Assembly: GCA_963846575.1 (NCBI GenBank)
Contig: CAWJWJ010000002.1
Span: 1,376,001-1,440,000, forward strand
Direction of reading: 5' to 3'
Source of the DNA: an uncultured Nitrospiraceae bacterium
GTDB lineage: Bacteria > Nitrospirota > Nitrospiria > Nitrospirales > Nitrospiraceae
Length of the DNA: 64,000 nt
Part shown: positions 28,734 through 38,879 of the stretch, piece by piece
How the letters are laid out: each line of letters begins with the position of its first letter
How positions within the stretch are numbered: the first letter of the stretch is position 1
Program-made: the position numbers and the translations under genes
Notes under the pieces: generated by a model
The model's database searches: none
Told to the model about the DNA's origin: nothing
The model's input: the letters and a program-made list of their open reading frames with translations, nothing else

Positions 28734-28958
28734 ATGAGCACCTTAGTTAAAAAACAGCGCGGGGTACGATCCATGAGTTCACCAGGAGCCCGCTCCGGAA
28801 CGAGCACGATCGAACTGCCCGGGGACACGTGGGAACGTGTCGCGCTGAAGGCCTATCGGTTGTGGCAGGAGCGGGGATGTCGGGATGGGTGTGCCCTCGA
28901 GGATTGGCTGGATGCGGAGGCCGTCGTCTTGAAGGAAATCGATGAAGCTCGCGAATGA
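28734..28958 (+). CDS. DUF2934-like small protein
   Basis: KAYRLWQERGCRDGCALEDWLDAE. Confidence 0.8.
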   Translation: MSTLVKKQRGVRSMSSPGARSGTSTIELPGDTWERVALKAYRLWQERGCRDGCALEDWLDAEAVVLKEIDEARE

Positions 28959-30309
28959 ACGGGTTGCCGGGCGATCGGTGCCGGTGACCCGGCACCTTGA
29001 GGCCCTGCTGAGCAAACTCGACCGGCTGTCGATGGCGCCGGGGCTTGCCGTGCAGCGTCGGATTGCGTTCGGGCGGGCATTGCAGGTCTATGTCGAACTC
29101 GGGGCCCAAGCGCCCTTGTCCCCCTTGCCTGAAGAAATCGGACTGGCCGATCTGATCCTCTATGCCGACTTCTATCCGGAAGACGGCCAGTTGACCTTGA
29201 TCGAGCAGCTCAGGGACGTGATCACCGAACATATTCCCGAAGAGGAACGGGCCTGGATGGACCCCCTCAAGCACTCCTATATGGATCTGGTCGAACTCCT
29301 GCCGCAGGCGAACGGCGAGGCGCGGCGAAGTCTGAGGTCGATCGGAGACGGGAGACCGTACGATGTGCCGGTGGAGAGCATCGGAGCGAACGAACAGGCG
29401 GGGGAGGTTTTTTTAACCCGTCTCATTCGGGAACCGGGAGAGCCTGAGAGCAACAAGGCTGTGATCGCCGGACCGGTCCTCGTCTTGTCGGCCGAGGATG
29501 CCCGGGCATTGCATGAGACCACGGCTCAGGAACGTCGCCGGATGGAAGTGGCAGGCGGATCATTCGAACTGGGTGACTGGCCGGAGTTCGCCAAACGGTT
29601 CGGACATCTGTTCTTGAGTAATTTTGCGCGGATGCGGCTGGCGGCGTTGCTGGAGGCCGTGAGGGACATCCGGTATCGAACGACCCGTGGCGATCCCTAC
29701 TTCTATGTCGTGGCGATCTATGACCACCAGGAGTTCTCGCATCTGTCCGGCGGCATGATGGAGTTGGAAGGCTGGGAGGAGTCTCCGGTTGCGCCGGAGG
29801 GCTCGACAAGCACGAAGAAACTCCGCCGATTTGTGCAACGATCCGGAGAGAGCGCTTCGGGCGGAGATCCGACGGGCAGAGTGACCGTGACCGGAACGCA
29901 GCTCTTTCTCGAATGCGACACGCGAGATCGCCTGGATGAGATCAAACATAGCCTGGCAGCCGCCTTCGGGTTCTCATTGCACTTCCGTGGCGAATCGACG
30001 CAGCCGCCGGATCGACAGATAACGCAGGAGGAATTGTCCCGCAACGAACCCCTGACCCTGGTGGTGAGCGATGAAGAGGATCGCACATTGGTCGGAGCGT
30101 TCCTCGAACTGGTCTATCTGGAGTGGGCCGATCAAGGGAGCCCGACGCTGGGCGGTGAAACTCCCCGGCACATGATGAGCACTCCCGCGGGACGCACCCG
30201 GGTTGCGGCGCTCATCGATGACATGGAACGAACCGATCCGGGCCTCCTGCGAACGGGGATCGCGGCCTTCGACTATGACAAGCTTCGAGTCCATGTCGGA
30301 CTCTCGTGA
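28942..30309 (+). CDS. hypothetical protein
   Basis: 455 aa ORF; C-terminal WADQGSPTLGGETPR resembles DUF2384/MbcA-type helical module. Confidence 0.8.
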   Translation: MKLANERVAGRSVPVTRHLEALLSKLDRLSMAPGLAVQRRIAFGRALQVYVELGAQAPLSPLPEEIGLADLILYADFYPEDGQLTLIEQLRDVITEHIPEEERAWMDPLKHSYMDLVELLPQANGEARRSLRSIGDGRPYDVPVESIGANEQAGEVFLTRLIREPGEPESNKAVIAGPVLVLSAEDARALHETTAQERRRMEVAGGSFELGDWPEFAKRFGHLFLSNFARMRLAALLEAVRDIRYRTTRGDPYFYVVAIYDHQEFSHLSGGMMELEGWEESPVAPEGSTSTKKLRRFVQRSGESASGGDPTGRVTVTGTQLFLECDTRDRLDEIKHSLAAAFGFSLHFRGESTQPPDRQITQEELSRNEPLTLVVSDEEDRTLVGAFLELVYLEWADQGSPTLGGETPRHMMSTPAGRTRVAALIDDMERTDPGLLRTGIAAFDYDKLRVHVGLS

Positions 30310-30374
30310 GGGGGCGAGGCATCGATCCGGGAAACGTCAAGGGCCATCACATCTCAGGCAGCCGGCTCACGTAT

Positions 30375-30773
30375 TCACCGCGCTTCCAATCCCTGCTTGA
30401 TCGCCTTGGCCACCTCACCGCATTCGGTCACCAGATCGACGCGGGATCTTGTGCCTGAGATCGCCGGAGACCGGTTCGCCACGCAGGATTCGAAATCCGT
30501 GATCGCGCTGTCGTCGAAGGTCCGGCTCCAGATTTGTGACATCCGTTCCCGTTCCCCCTGCGCGCGCTGGTCGATGACAAACCATCCGATCAAGACCAAT
30601 GTCGCGAGAGCCACTCCCGCGGTAAGCAGCTTGAAAATGCGACTCCGCAGCACCTTGACGATGAAATAGAGCAAGGCTCCGCCGACCAGAATCGCCAGCA
30701 CGGCTCCCATCGCCAGGTCGGTCGGCTCAAGTTCGAGATACCGGGATTCCCACCACACGCCTAGGTTTGTCAT
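30375..30773 (-). CDS. hypothetical membrane protein
   Basis: Two TM segments; AAGGGAAGGA RBS. Confidence 0.7.
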   Translation of the reverse strand: MTNLGVWWESRYLELEPTDLAMGAVLAILVGGALLYFIVKVLRSRIFKLLTAGVALATLVLIGWFVIDQRAQGERERMSQIWSRTFDDSAITDFESCVANRSPAISGTRSRVDLVTECGEVAKAIKQGLEAR

Positions 30774-31142
30774 GCCGATCCTTCCCTTGCGGTCCCGCTA
30801 CTTATAGCAGGTCGCCTGTTCAAAAGCCTCCCCGAAAAAATCCTTCTGCGGAAGGGTTGATGTGATGATCCACTTAATACATTCCGTCGAATTTTTCACC
30901 CTGTCCATCCGTTGTCGGCGAGGCCTGCCTGCCCGGCAGCCCCGACGTCCAACCGGCAGGCGGGAGTCGCGGATGGCTGGCGCGACCGGCGCAGTTCTCC
31001 GCCTGGGCTCTGTCCATCCTCAGAGGCCTGTCGGACCATGTACGTCTCCCGTCGGCGAGAGAAGGATTCGCGATTCTGATGCGCAGGAGAGGCGCCACGG
31101 TGGTATGCTGCACCTCGTGATCCCCCGGCTTTTTTCAATCAG

Positions 31143-32408
31143 ATGAGCAGAGCGACCCTGCGCGCCGTCCTGACTCCACGACTCGGCATCATGCTGCCCT
31201 TGGGCTTTGCCTCGGGATTGCCCCTGGCCCTCACCGGCGGAACCCTCCAGGCCTGGCTGACGGAAGCGGGTTTGGATCTGACTACCATCGGGCTCTTTGC
31301 CTATGTGGGTCTTCCCTACACTTTGAAATTTCTCTGGGCGCCGGTGATGGACCGGATCGTACCGCCCTGGCTGGGTCACCGCCGTGGCTGGATGATCGTG
31401 ACGCAGGCTGGTCTGGCCCTGGCCTTGTCGGTCATGGCGCTGATCGGTCCCAGCGAGGGGGCGCAGATCTTTGCGGCGCTGGCGCTGGGTGTCGCCTTTC
31501 TCTCGGCATCGCAGGACATCGTCTTCGATGCCTATCGCACCGATCTGCTGAGGCCGGATGAGCGGGGATTGGGAGCCGCCACCTGGGTCATGGGCTATCG
31601 CATCGCCATGATCGCGTCCGGATCGTTGGCGTTGATCGTCGCGGCGCGGCTGGGATGGTCCTCGGCCTATCTCTGCATGGCCGGACTGATGGCGTTGGGT
31701 GTGGTGACGATTCTGTTGATTCCCGAACCGGAGGCGGCGCGGGCCGCACCGCAATCGATGAAGGAAGCCGTCTGGGGGCCATTATTTGAATTTCTGACCC
31801 GTCCGATGGCCGGGGCGCTCTTGGGCCTGATCGTTCTTTACAAGCTCGGCGATGCCTTCGCCGGCGCACTGACGACCTCGTTTCTTCTGCGCGGCATGGA
31901 GTTTTCGTCGGAGGACATCGGCCTGGTCCGCGCATTCGGCATCGGGGCGACGATTCTCGGAGCCTTCATCGGCGGAGCCCTGATGCCGCAGCTGGGACTC
32001 TTCCGGTCGTTGTTCGTATTCGGGGTCCTGCAGGCCCTGTCGAACCTGTCCTTCTTATGGTTGGCCTGGGCAGGGAAGAGTTATTCCGTCATGGCGTTTG
32101 CCGTCGGATTCGAAAATCTCACCGGCGGCATGGGTACGGCCGCCTTCGTGGCCTTGGTGATGTCCCTCTGTAATCATCGCTACACCGCCACCCAGTTCGC
32201 GCTGCTCTCTTCGGTCGAAGCGCTCGGGCGCGTGTTCCTCGGCTGGCCGGCTGCAAAACTGGTGGGATTGGCGGGGTGGGGGCCGTTCTTCTTCGTCACC
32301 TTTGTCGCCGCGCTGCCGGGACTCTGGCTCTTGTGGCTGCTCCGAAAGCCGGTCACGCAACATGCGGAGGTGAACGGGGGCGGGACGGAAGCCGGACTGT
32401 GCTGCTAG
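31143..32408 (+). CDS. ampG: muropeptide MFS transporter
   Basis: LGFASGLPLAL, PYTLKFLWAP, SASQDIVFDAYR, YTATQFALLSS. Confidence 0.92.
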   Translation: MSRATLRAVLTPRLGIMLPLGFASGLPLALTGGTLQAWLTEAGLDLTTIGLFAYVGLPYTLKFLWAPVMDRIVPPWLGHRRGWMIVTQAGLALALSVMALIGPSEGAQIFAALALGVAFLSASQDIVFDAYRTDLLRPDERGLGAATWVMGYRIAMIASGSLALIVAARLGWSSAYLCMAGLMALGVVTILLIPEPEAARAAPQSMKEAVWGPLFEFLTRPMAGALLGLIVLYKLGDAFAGALTTSFLLRGMEFSSEDIGLVRAFGIGATILGAFIGGALMPQLGLFRSLFVFGVLQALSNLSFLWLAWAGKSYSVMAFAVGFENLTGGMGTAAFVALVMSLCNHRYTATQFALLSSVEALGRVFLGWPAAKLVGLAGWGPFFFVTFVAALPGLWLLWLLRKPVTQHAEVNGGGTEAGLCC

Positions 32409-32698
32409 AGTTTCACTTTCTTCTGCAGAAATAGAATGAACAGCATGAGGGTCGGTAGCGGAGCCAGCACGAACGGCACCAGCCACAGCAGGACGTTTTT
32501 CCCCCGCACACGGGCCTGATCGAACATCCAGATAAAGAGCCACACGAGCAGGCCGATGTAGTTCGCAGCCATCCAACGGGTGGTGTGAATCTTCAAGCCG
32601 CTGATCGTCTCCGGTTCGCCCTGAGCGAAAAAGATTCCTATGAGGAGCACGAAGGCCCCCAGGAGTCCGGTAACCAGGCGTTTACTCCACACGAACAT
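32405..32698 (-). CDS. small membrane protein
   Basis: Three hydrophobic segments; AAGGAG RBS. Confidence 0.7.
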   Translation of the reverse strand: MFVWSKRLVTGLLGAFVLLIGIFFAQGEPETISGLKIHTTRWMAANYIGLLVWLFIWMFDQARVRGKNVLLWLVPFVLAPLPTLMLFILFLQKKVKL

Positions 32699-32857
32699 AT
32701 TGGCTCCTTCCGCTGCGGTGAGTCGCCCGGGGCGGGCTCTGAGGGTTTTATTTCCACGAAATCGGGCGTAAGCTAAACAGGCTGAGAATATTTGTCAAAC
32801 CGCCGGCCTGCGTCACCGCCTGGATTCTGAGTGCGGTTGGCCCGGGACAGGAGGGTC

Positions 32858-33229
32858 ATGAGTACAGGAAGGTTGTTGGCTCTGGCGGCAGGTCTGATGA
32901 TGTGCGTGGGCTTGGCCGCGACCAATCCGACCATGGAGGGCTATGTCCGGTTTGTCGAGGCGCGGTTGGCGGCGGAGATCGAGAAGATGGATCAATCCGC
33001 TCCGCGGCCCGAGCGGGAATTGATAAAGAGCATCTTCCGCGCTCAGGGTAGTAAACTGGTGGAGGGACTCGTCCGGCCCAAGACCACCAGAAGTAACTGG
33101 GGTCTGCTCAGCCTGTTTGAAACGAACGTGTTGGAGGAATCGGTCCTCGTTCTTGGGATAGCGGGGCAATTCCTCCCGCTGCATGGGGTCGAGGAAGCGA
33201 CGCTGAAGGTCGGCCGGCTGGCTTTTTGA
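32858..33229 (+). CDS. DUF4359-like protein
   Basis: LAATNPT...LVLGIAGQFLP pattern. Confidence 0.7.
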   Translation: MSTGRLLALAAGLMMCVGLAATNPTMEGYVRFVEARLAAEIEKMDQSAPRPERELIKSIFRAQGSKLVEGLVRPKTTRSNWGLLSLFETNVLEESVLVLGIAGQFLPLHGVEEATLKVGRLAF

Positions 33230-33291
33230 GCGCAGCCGGATTTTTTCTGCCGCTCTCGTCAAAAAAAGACCTTGGTGACACAGTCCGGCGC

Positions 33292-33366
33292 TGTGGATAA
33301 CCGGGTTGAAAACGGGCTGAAACCGGCTCCAAATCTGGCGGGAATGCTATCACCAGCTTATCCCCA
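33292..33366. promoter_or_regulatory. DnaA boxes upstream of nrdJ
   Basis: TGTGGATAA (33292-33300, perfect) and TTATCCCCA (33358-33366, 1 mismatch). Confidence 0.6.
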
Positions 33367-33381
33367 CTAATCACAGTTGTT

Positions 33382-33428
33382 CCACAACATTTTGTTTGAC
33401 AAAAAAAATGGATCACTATATCTAGTAG
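33382..33428. promoter_or_regulatory. tandem NrdR boxes overlapping a sigma70-like promoter
   Basis: CCACAACATTTTGTTT (33382) and TCACTATATCTAGTAG (33413), 31 bp apart; TTGACA at 33396. Confidence 0.8.
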
Positions 33429-33562
33429 GTATCCGACGGCTGGAAGAGAAATTGACGAAGATCCTGACCCCTGTGGACTAGCTTTTTTTCATCAGACCAG
33501 GCTCATCACCGCCACCCGTCATTTGCATCAATTGTCAGGCACCCGTTCGAAGGAGGAAACCA

Positions 33563-36500
33563 GTGAGGATTGAACGAAGATTCACCAAGCGTGGGCAGAG
33601 CCCCTATGAGGGTCTTACGTTCGTACAACGTTCCTCGGAGATCCGGAATCCCGACGGCTCGACGGTTTTCAAATTAGACCATATCGATGTGCCCGAGCAC
33701 TGGACCCAGCTGGCGATCGACATCCTGGCCCAAAAATACTTCCGCAAAGCCGGAGTTCCGCAGGTACATGAGGATGGGACGCCGGTTGTGGACGCGAGCG
33801 GCAAGCCGGTTTTAGGGGGCGAGCGCGATGCCCGGCAAGTGTTTGGGCGTTTGGCCGGTTGCTGGACCTTCTGGGGCAAGAATCACGGCTACTTCAAAAC
33901 GGCCGAAGACGCGACGGCCTTCCACGATGAGATGTGCTACATGCTGGCCTACCAGATGGCCGCTCCCAACAGTCCCCAGTGGTTCAACACCGGCCTGCAC
34001 TATGCCTACGGATTGTCGGGCCCGGCACAGGGTCACTTTTACGTCGATCCCACCCTGGGAGAGGTCGTTCGGGCGACGAATGCCTTCGAACATCCGCAGC
34101 CCCATGCCTGCTTCATCCAATCCATCGAGGATGACCTGGTCAACGAGAACGGCATCATGGATCTGTGGGTTCGCGAGGCGCGGCTCTTCAAGTACGGGTC
34201 CGGGACCGGCACCAATTTCTCACGGTTGCGCGGTGATGGAGAATCCCTGTCCGGCGGCGGCCGGTCCTCCGGCCTCATGTCGTTCCTGAAGATCGGCGAC
34301 CGCGCCGCCGGGGCGATCAAATCCGGCGGAACGACCAGACGCGCGGCCAAAATGGTGTGCCTGGACCTCGACCATCCGGACATTGAGGAATTCATCGATT
34401 GGAAAGTCGTCGAAGAGCAGAAGGTGGCGGCGATGGTCACCGGCTCGAAGATCTGCGCCCAACGCCTCAACGCCGTGCTCAAGGCCTGCCTGCTGGTCGA
34501 TGCCGAAGGCCTGGGCCACGTGGAGTTGGATCTGAAGAAAAACCAGCTGCTGCGCGATGCCGTGATGGCGGCCAGACGCGACATGGTGCCGGAAGCCTAT
34601 ATCCATCGCATGTTCGAGTATGCGAATCAGGGCTACACCCATTTTGTGTTTCATGAGTACGATACCAATTGGGACGGTAAGGCCTATCAGACCGTCTCCG
34701 GACAGAATTCCAACAATAGCGTGCGTATTCCGAACGGCTTCTTCGAGGTGCTGGAGCGGGACGGCGATTGGGAGCTGCGGCGCCGGATTGACGGCAAGGT
34801 CAGCAAGACGATCAAGGCCCGCGACCTGTGGGACAAGATCGCCTGGGCGGCCTGGATCTGCGCCGATCCCGGCACGCAGTACGACACGACCATCAACGAA
34901 TGGCACACCTGCCCCGAAGATGGGCGGATCAACGCCTCGAACCCCTGTTCCGAATACATGTTTCTGGATGACACCGCCTGCAACCTGGCCTCGCTCAACC
35001 TCTCAAAGTTTTTTAACACCGAGGGAGAGTTCGACCTGGATTCCTTCCGCCACGCGGTCCGGTTGTGGACGATCGCGCTGGAAATCAGCGTGTTGATGGC
35101 CTCGTTTCCGAGCCGGGCGATCGCCCAGAAGAGTTATGAATTCCGTACGCTGGGGCTGGGGTACGCCAATCTCGGCACGATCCTCATGCGGCAGAGCATT
35201 CCCTACGATTCGCCGAAAGCGGTGGCGATTTGCGGCGCGATCACGGCGATCATGACGGGAGAGTCCTATGCGACCTCCGCGGAAATGGCCGCGGAGATCG
35301 GGCCGTTTCCCGCATACAACAAGAACCGGGAGTCGATGTTGCGCGTCATCCGGAACCACCGGCGGGCGGCATACAGCGCGGCCACGCATGAGTATGAAGG
35401 CCTCTCGATTCTGCCGACGTCGATTCAGCCCGAGCAATGTCCGCCGGCGATGCTGCTGGCGGCCAGACGCGCCTGGGACCGCGCATTGGAATTGGGCGCG
35501 GCCTATGGTTTCCGTAACGCCCAGGTGACGGTCATCGCGCCGACCGGTACGATCGGTCTGGTCATGGATTGCGATACGACCGGCATCGAGCCGGATTTTG
35601 CCCTGGTCAAGTTCAAGAAACTGGCGGGCGGCGGATACTTCAAGATCATCAACCAGAGCCTGCCGCCGGCTCTGGCGGCGCTCGGCTATACCGACGCGCA
35701 GATCCAGAATATCGTTGCCTACTGCGCGGGCCATCAAACCCTGCAGGGAGCGCCCTTCATCAATCATGAAATGCTCCGCCAGAAGGGTTTCGACGACGCG
35801 GCGTTGGAGCGATTGGAGAGTTCCCTGGCGCAGGCCTTCGAGATCCAGTTCGTCTTCAACAAGTTCAACCTGGGCGAGGAGTTCTGCCGGGAGAAGCTTG
35901 GTTTGACCGATGCGCAACTGGCGGACCCGACCTTCAATATGTTGAAGACCCTGGGCTTCACCCAGGAAGAGGTGGCGGCGGCCAACGATTATTGCTGCGG
36001 CACCATGACCGTCGAGGGGGCGCCCCATCTCAAGGCGGAACATCTGCCCATCTTCGACTGCGCCAATCGCTGCGGACGGATCGGCCAACGTTACATCGCG
36101 GTGGATGCGCATATCCGCATGATGGCCGCGGCCCAGCCCTTCATCAGCGGCGCCATCAGCAAGACCATCAACATGCCGGCGGATTCCACGCTGGAAGATG
36201 TCAAGGCCGCCTATCTGTTCGCCTGGAAGAGCATGGTCAAGGCGGTCGCACTCTATCGTGACGGCTCGAAGTTGAGCCAGCCGCTGAATGCATCCTCAGA
36301 CAGCGGAAAAGGCGAGGAGGCCGCGGCGCCGACCGTCATGTCCGTGGCGGAGAAAGTGGCCGAGCGAGTGCTGGTGCGGTATCTGGCCAAGCGGCGACCA
36401 CTGCCGTCCCGCCGAAGCGGGTACACGCAGAAGGCCATCATCGGCGGCCACAAGTTGTACCTTCGAACCGGAGAATACGAAGACGGGACCCTCGGCGAAA

Positions 36501-37108
36501 TTTTCCTGGACATGCATAAGGAAGGGGCGGCCTTCCGGAGCTTGATGAATAATTTCGCGATCGCGATTTCGCTCGGCCTGCAGCATGGCGTGCCGCTGGA
36601 GGAGTTTGTTGAAGCGTTCGTGTTTACCCGGTTCGAGCCGAACGGGCCGGTGAAACTCAACGACCGTATCAAGATGGCCACGTCGATCATCGATTACATC
36701 TTCCGTGAACTGGCCATCACCTATCTCGAACGTGCGGATCTCTCGCAGGTGCGGGAGGACGATCTCCGCATGGACTCCATGAAGAAAGACGAGCAGGATC
36801 CTGAATGCGTGGCGGAAGAGGCCGATATGACGGCGTTGGCGAAATCGTCGATTCTCACCGAACATTTACCTGTGCGGCGAAACGGGATGAACGGCGGGAA
36901 TGGCCATACCCACAGACCGGGTAATGGTAGCGTGGCCCATAAGGTGGAACTCAAGCGTGAGACGTTGACCGTCACCTCGGTGCGGCAGGAAGCCAAGGAA
37001 AAAGGGTATGAGGGCGATCCCTGTCAGAACTGCAAACAGTTCACACTCGTGAGAAACGGAACCTGTTTGAAATGCATGAGCTGCGGAGAGACCAGCGGCT
37101 GTTCATAG
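33563..37108 (+). CDS. nrdJ: class II (adenosylcobalamin-dependent) ribonucleotide reductase
   Basis: [50 protein letters not shown]-like domain and C-terminal CxxC..CxxC..GCS. Confidence 0.96.
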   Translation: MRIERRFTKRGQSPYEGLTFVQRSSEIRNPDGSTVFKLDHIDVPEHWTQLAIDILAQKYFRKAGVPQVHEDGTPVVDASGKPVLGGERDARQVFGRLAGCWTFWGKNHGYFKTAEDATAFHDEMCYMLAYQMAAPNSPQWFNTGLHYAYGLSGPAQGHFYVDPTLGEVVRATNAFEHPQPHACFIQSIEDDLVNENGIMDLWVREARLFKYGSGTGTNFSRLRGDGESLSGGGRSSGLMSFLKIGDRAAGAIKSGGTTRRAAKMVCLDLDHPDIEEFIDWKVVEEQKVAAMVTGSKICAQRLNAVLKACLLVDAEGLGHVELDLKKNQLLRDAVMAARRDMVPEAYIHRMFEYANQGYTHFVFHEYDTNWDGKAYQTVSGQNSNNSVRIPNGFFEVLERDGDWELRRRIDGKVSKTIKARDLWDKIAWAAWICADPGTQYDTTINEWHTCPEDGRINASNPCSEYMFLDDTACNLASLNLSKFFNTEGEFDLDSFRHAVRLWTIALEISVLMASFPSRAIAQKSYEFRTLGLGYANLGTILMRQSIPYDSPKAVAICGAITAIMTGESYATSAEMAAEIGPFPAYNKNRESMLRVIRNHRRAAYSAATHEYEGLSILPTSIQPEQCPPAMLLAARRAWDRALELGAAYGFRNAQVTVIAPTGTIGLVMDCDTTGIEPDFALVKFKKLAGGGYFKIINQSLPPALAALGYTDAQIQNIVAYCAGHQTLQGAPFINHEMLRQKGFDDAALERLESSLAQAFEIQFVFNKFNLGEEFCREKLGLTDAQLADPTFNMLKTLGFTQEEVAAANDYCCGTMTVEGAPHLKAEHLPIFDCANRCGRIGQRYIAVDAHIRMMAAAQPFISGAISKTINMPADSTLEDVKAAYLFAWKSMVKAVALYRDGSKLSQPLNASSDSGKGEEAAAPTVMSVAEKVAERVLVRYLAKRRPLPSRRSGYTQKAIIGGHKLYLRTGEYEDGTLGEIFLDMHKEGAAFRSLMNNFAIAISLGLQHGVPLEEFVEAFVFTRFEPNGPVKLNDRIKMATSIIDYIFRELAITYLERADLSQVREDDLRMDSMKKDEQDPECVAEEADMTALAKSSILTEHLPVRRNGMNGGNGHTHRPGNGSVAHKVELKRETLTVTSVRQEAKEKGYEGDPCQNCKQFTLVRNGTCLKCMSCGETSGCS

Positions 37109-37140
37109 AGGAACGATAGACAAAGCCGTCAGCATACCGG

Positions 37141-37196
37141 AAAGGCCGCAACTGCCGAGGATTCTACTCTAAGGCGGGGGCGGCCTTTCTGTTTTC
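37141..37196 (+). terminator. probable intrinsic terminator
   Basis: AAAGGCCGC...GCGGCCTTT stem followed by a T-rich tract. Confidence 0.5.
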
Positions 37197-37496
37197 GATG
37201 GAGTGCTCGCGGTACCTGACCGCCGAGGCGGCGATCAATGAAGAGGTTATTCAACCGGTGCGTCGCCGCAAGCGTTCAAGAGATCCGGCATCGGGTCAGA
37301 CCGGGAGTTGAGTTCGAGCGGGGAGGAATCCCCGTGGAAGGTGTGTGACGACGTCTAGATGGCTCGACGAGCGGAGCGCTCAAGATCGAGGGAGTAGCTC
37401 GTAATTCCTACCCTGGATAACCACTGTCGGTTTGGTGGGCCACAGTGCGGTTTCGACTCAGTGTTGCCGCGCCATGTGAGCAGCGCCGGGGGTCAT

Positions 37497-37676
37497 TTAT
37501 GTTTTTTGTTTTTCATGGAGATACGTGGCCCTCAGGCTTCCTGCGATGACGTTGACGGTCTTGATGTCGTCTTCCTGTCCCGCGAATATTTTCGCTGCGA
37601 CCTCCCTGTGTTTTTTAATGTATTCCACTGCTGCGTCGAGTACACGGGCCTCCTCTAACGTCAAATCCAGTTTCAT
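37497..37676 (-). CDS. small hypothetical protein (59 aa)
   Basis: GGAGGG RBS; MKLDLTLEEARVL...; amphipathic helical. Confidence 0.65.
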   Translation of the reverse strand: MKLDLTLEEARVLDAAVEYIKKHREVAAKIFAGQEDDIKTVNVIAGSLRATYLHEKQKT

Positions 37677-38117
37677 GATTCCCTCCATTCCTGGGTAACG
37701 AGCTTCAGGCATACCGCAGGTGCTGATCAGGTGTGGGTCCAATAATAAATCACCAATTTGATCGGTTCAATTTATATGGCAGTCCGCCGAAATCAATCCA
37801 CTTGGGTTGAGTGTTTCGCATAGTCGTAGGCTATTGCGGGAGGCCGCAGGCTTTTGATGCGGCCGCCTCACGATCATCGCGGGGATCCCTACACAGCGTT
37901 TTTGGTGCGGGCAATACAACCAATAAAAATGTTTTCCCCCACTGAAATTCACTACGAAATGCTGTGGCTTTTTGCGCCAACCCATGGACGATCGTTGACC
38001 CGGAATGCCCCAAGTTGCGCCACTCGTTTCTCTGCCTGGCACCATTCCAAGGCCTCGGATCTTCCGAATTCCCCGAGAATTTCGCCTTTGGTGCGGCCTC
38101 CAATCCGCCCTGGTCTC

Positions 38118-38133
38118 CGGCATACAACCTGCT
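38118..38133 (+). promoter_or_regulatory. possible sigma54 promoter
   Basis: cGGcatacaacctGCt about 43 nt upstream of ORF 38176. Confidence 0.5.
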
Positions 38134-38175
38134 AGGTTTTTGGCATCATCCCATCACATATCAGTAGAGGGGAAC

Positions 38176-38436
38176 ATGGAGACTCGAACTCGGATCGATC
38201 GCCGACTGTTCGATTTCATTGGCCGGTCCCCTGGCTGCACAATCGATGACATTCTGCTCGAATGTCGTGATCTGTCCTGGAACCAGGTCTTCTTCGCTCT
38301 CGACCGATTGACCCGGGAGGGCAGAGTCAGGTTGTTCCCCGTGGGACGGGGACTCTATCAGGTCCATCTCTCGCACGACGCTCCTGTCGGGGGATATCAA
38401 GAGTCTGCGCGCCGGTCTTCCCACTCAAGCCTGTAA
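38176..38436 (+). CDS. small winged-helix-like protein
   Basis: SPGCTIDDILLECRDLSWNQVFFALDRLTREGRVRL; AGAGGGG RBS. Confidence 0.7.
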   Translation: METRTRIDRRLFDFIGRSPGCTIDDILLECRDLSWNQVFFALDRLTREGRVRLFPVGRGLYQVHLSHDAPVGGYQESARRSSHSSL

Positions 38437-38879
38437 ATCGGGCAGCTCGGCCGGGTGTGTTAACGGGACCTCATCCCGCCGTAGGCCTGGTATCGACCCT
38501 CCTTCCCACCGCAGGATGTGTCCTCCAGGTCATGTGTGTACCGGTCGTTCGTGATGATGGCGCGAACGCGAGAAGCGGAGAACGGGGAGTCGATTCTTAC
38601 GTCGCACAATCACCTGCGTGAGATTCAGCCTTCGACTGTTCTGGTATTGGGAGTTCCTCAGCTCTCCTCATGCTTGCAGCCTGTCCTGACTGGCTCGTCG
38701 ATTCCTTTCGTCGCCTGCCCGATGTCGATTATTGGGACAACTATTGTTGTCCGCATCCAATAACTTAGCGACGTGCCAACCAGGGTTTCATCCAGGTCAC
38801 GAGTCCTGTTCAGAAGAGTACGCTGCAGGGGTGTTGGAGTCTAATCGGGATATTCCTTTCACACCCATAGGTAGAGACC

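Noticed and set aside
33430..33562. Cobalamin riboswitch before nrdJ
   Set aside because: No B12-box and leader too short
33563..37108. Intein or intron in nrdJ
   Set aside because: No splice-junction or homing-endonuclease motifs; length fits long NrdJ proteins
37433..37474. tRNA 3'-end-like sequence (..GGCCCACCA on minus strand) as an att site
   Set aside because: T-arm spacing wrong and no integrase nearby
38755..38782. TTGGCACG sigma54 -24 element on minus strand
   Set aside because: No GC at -12
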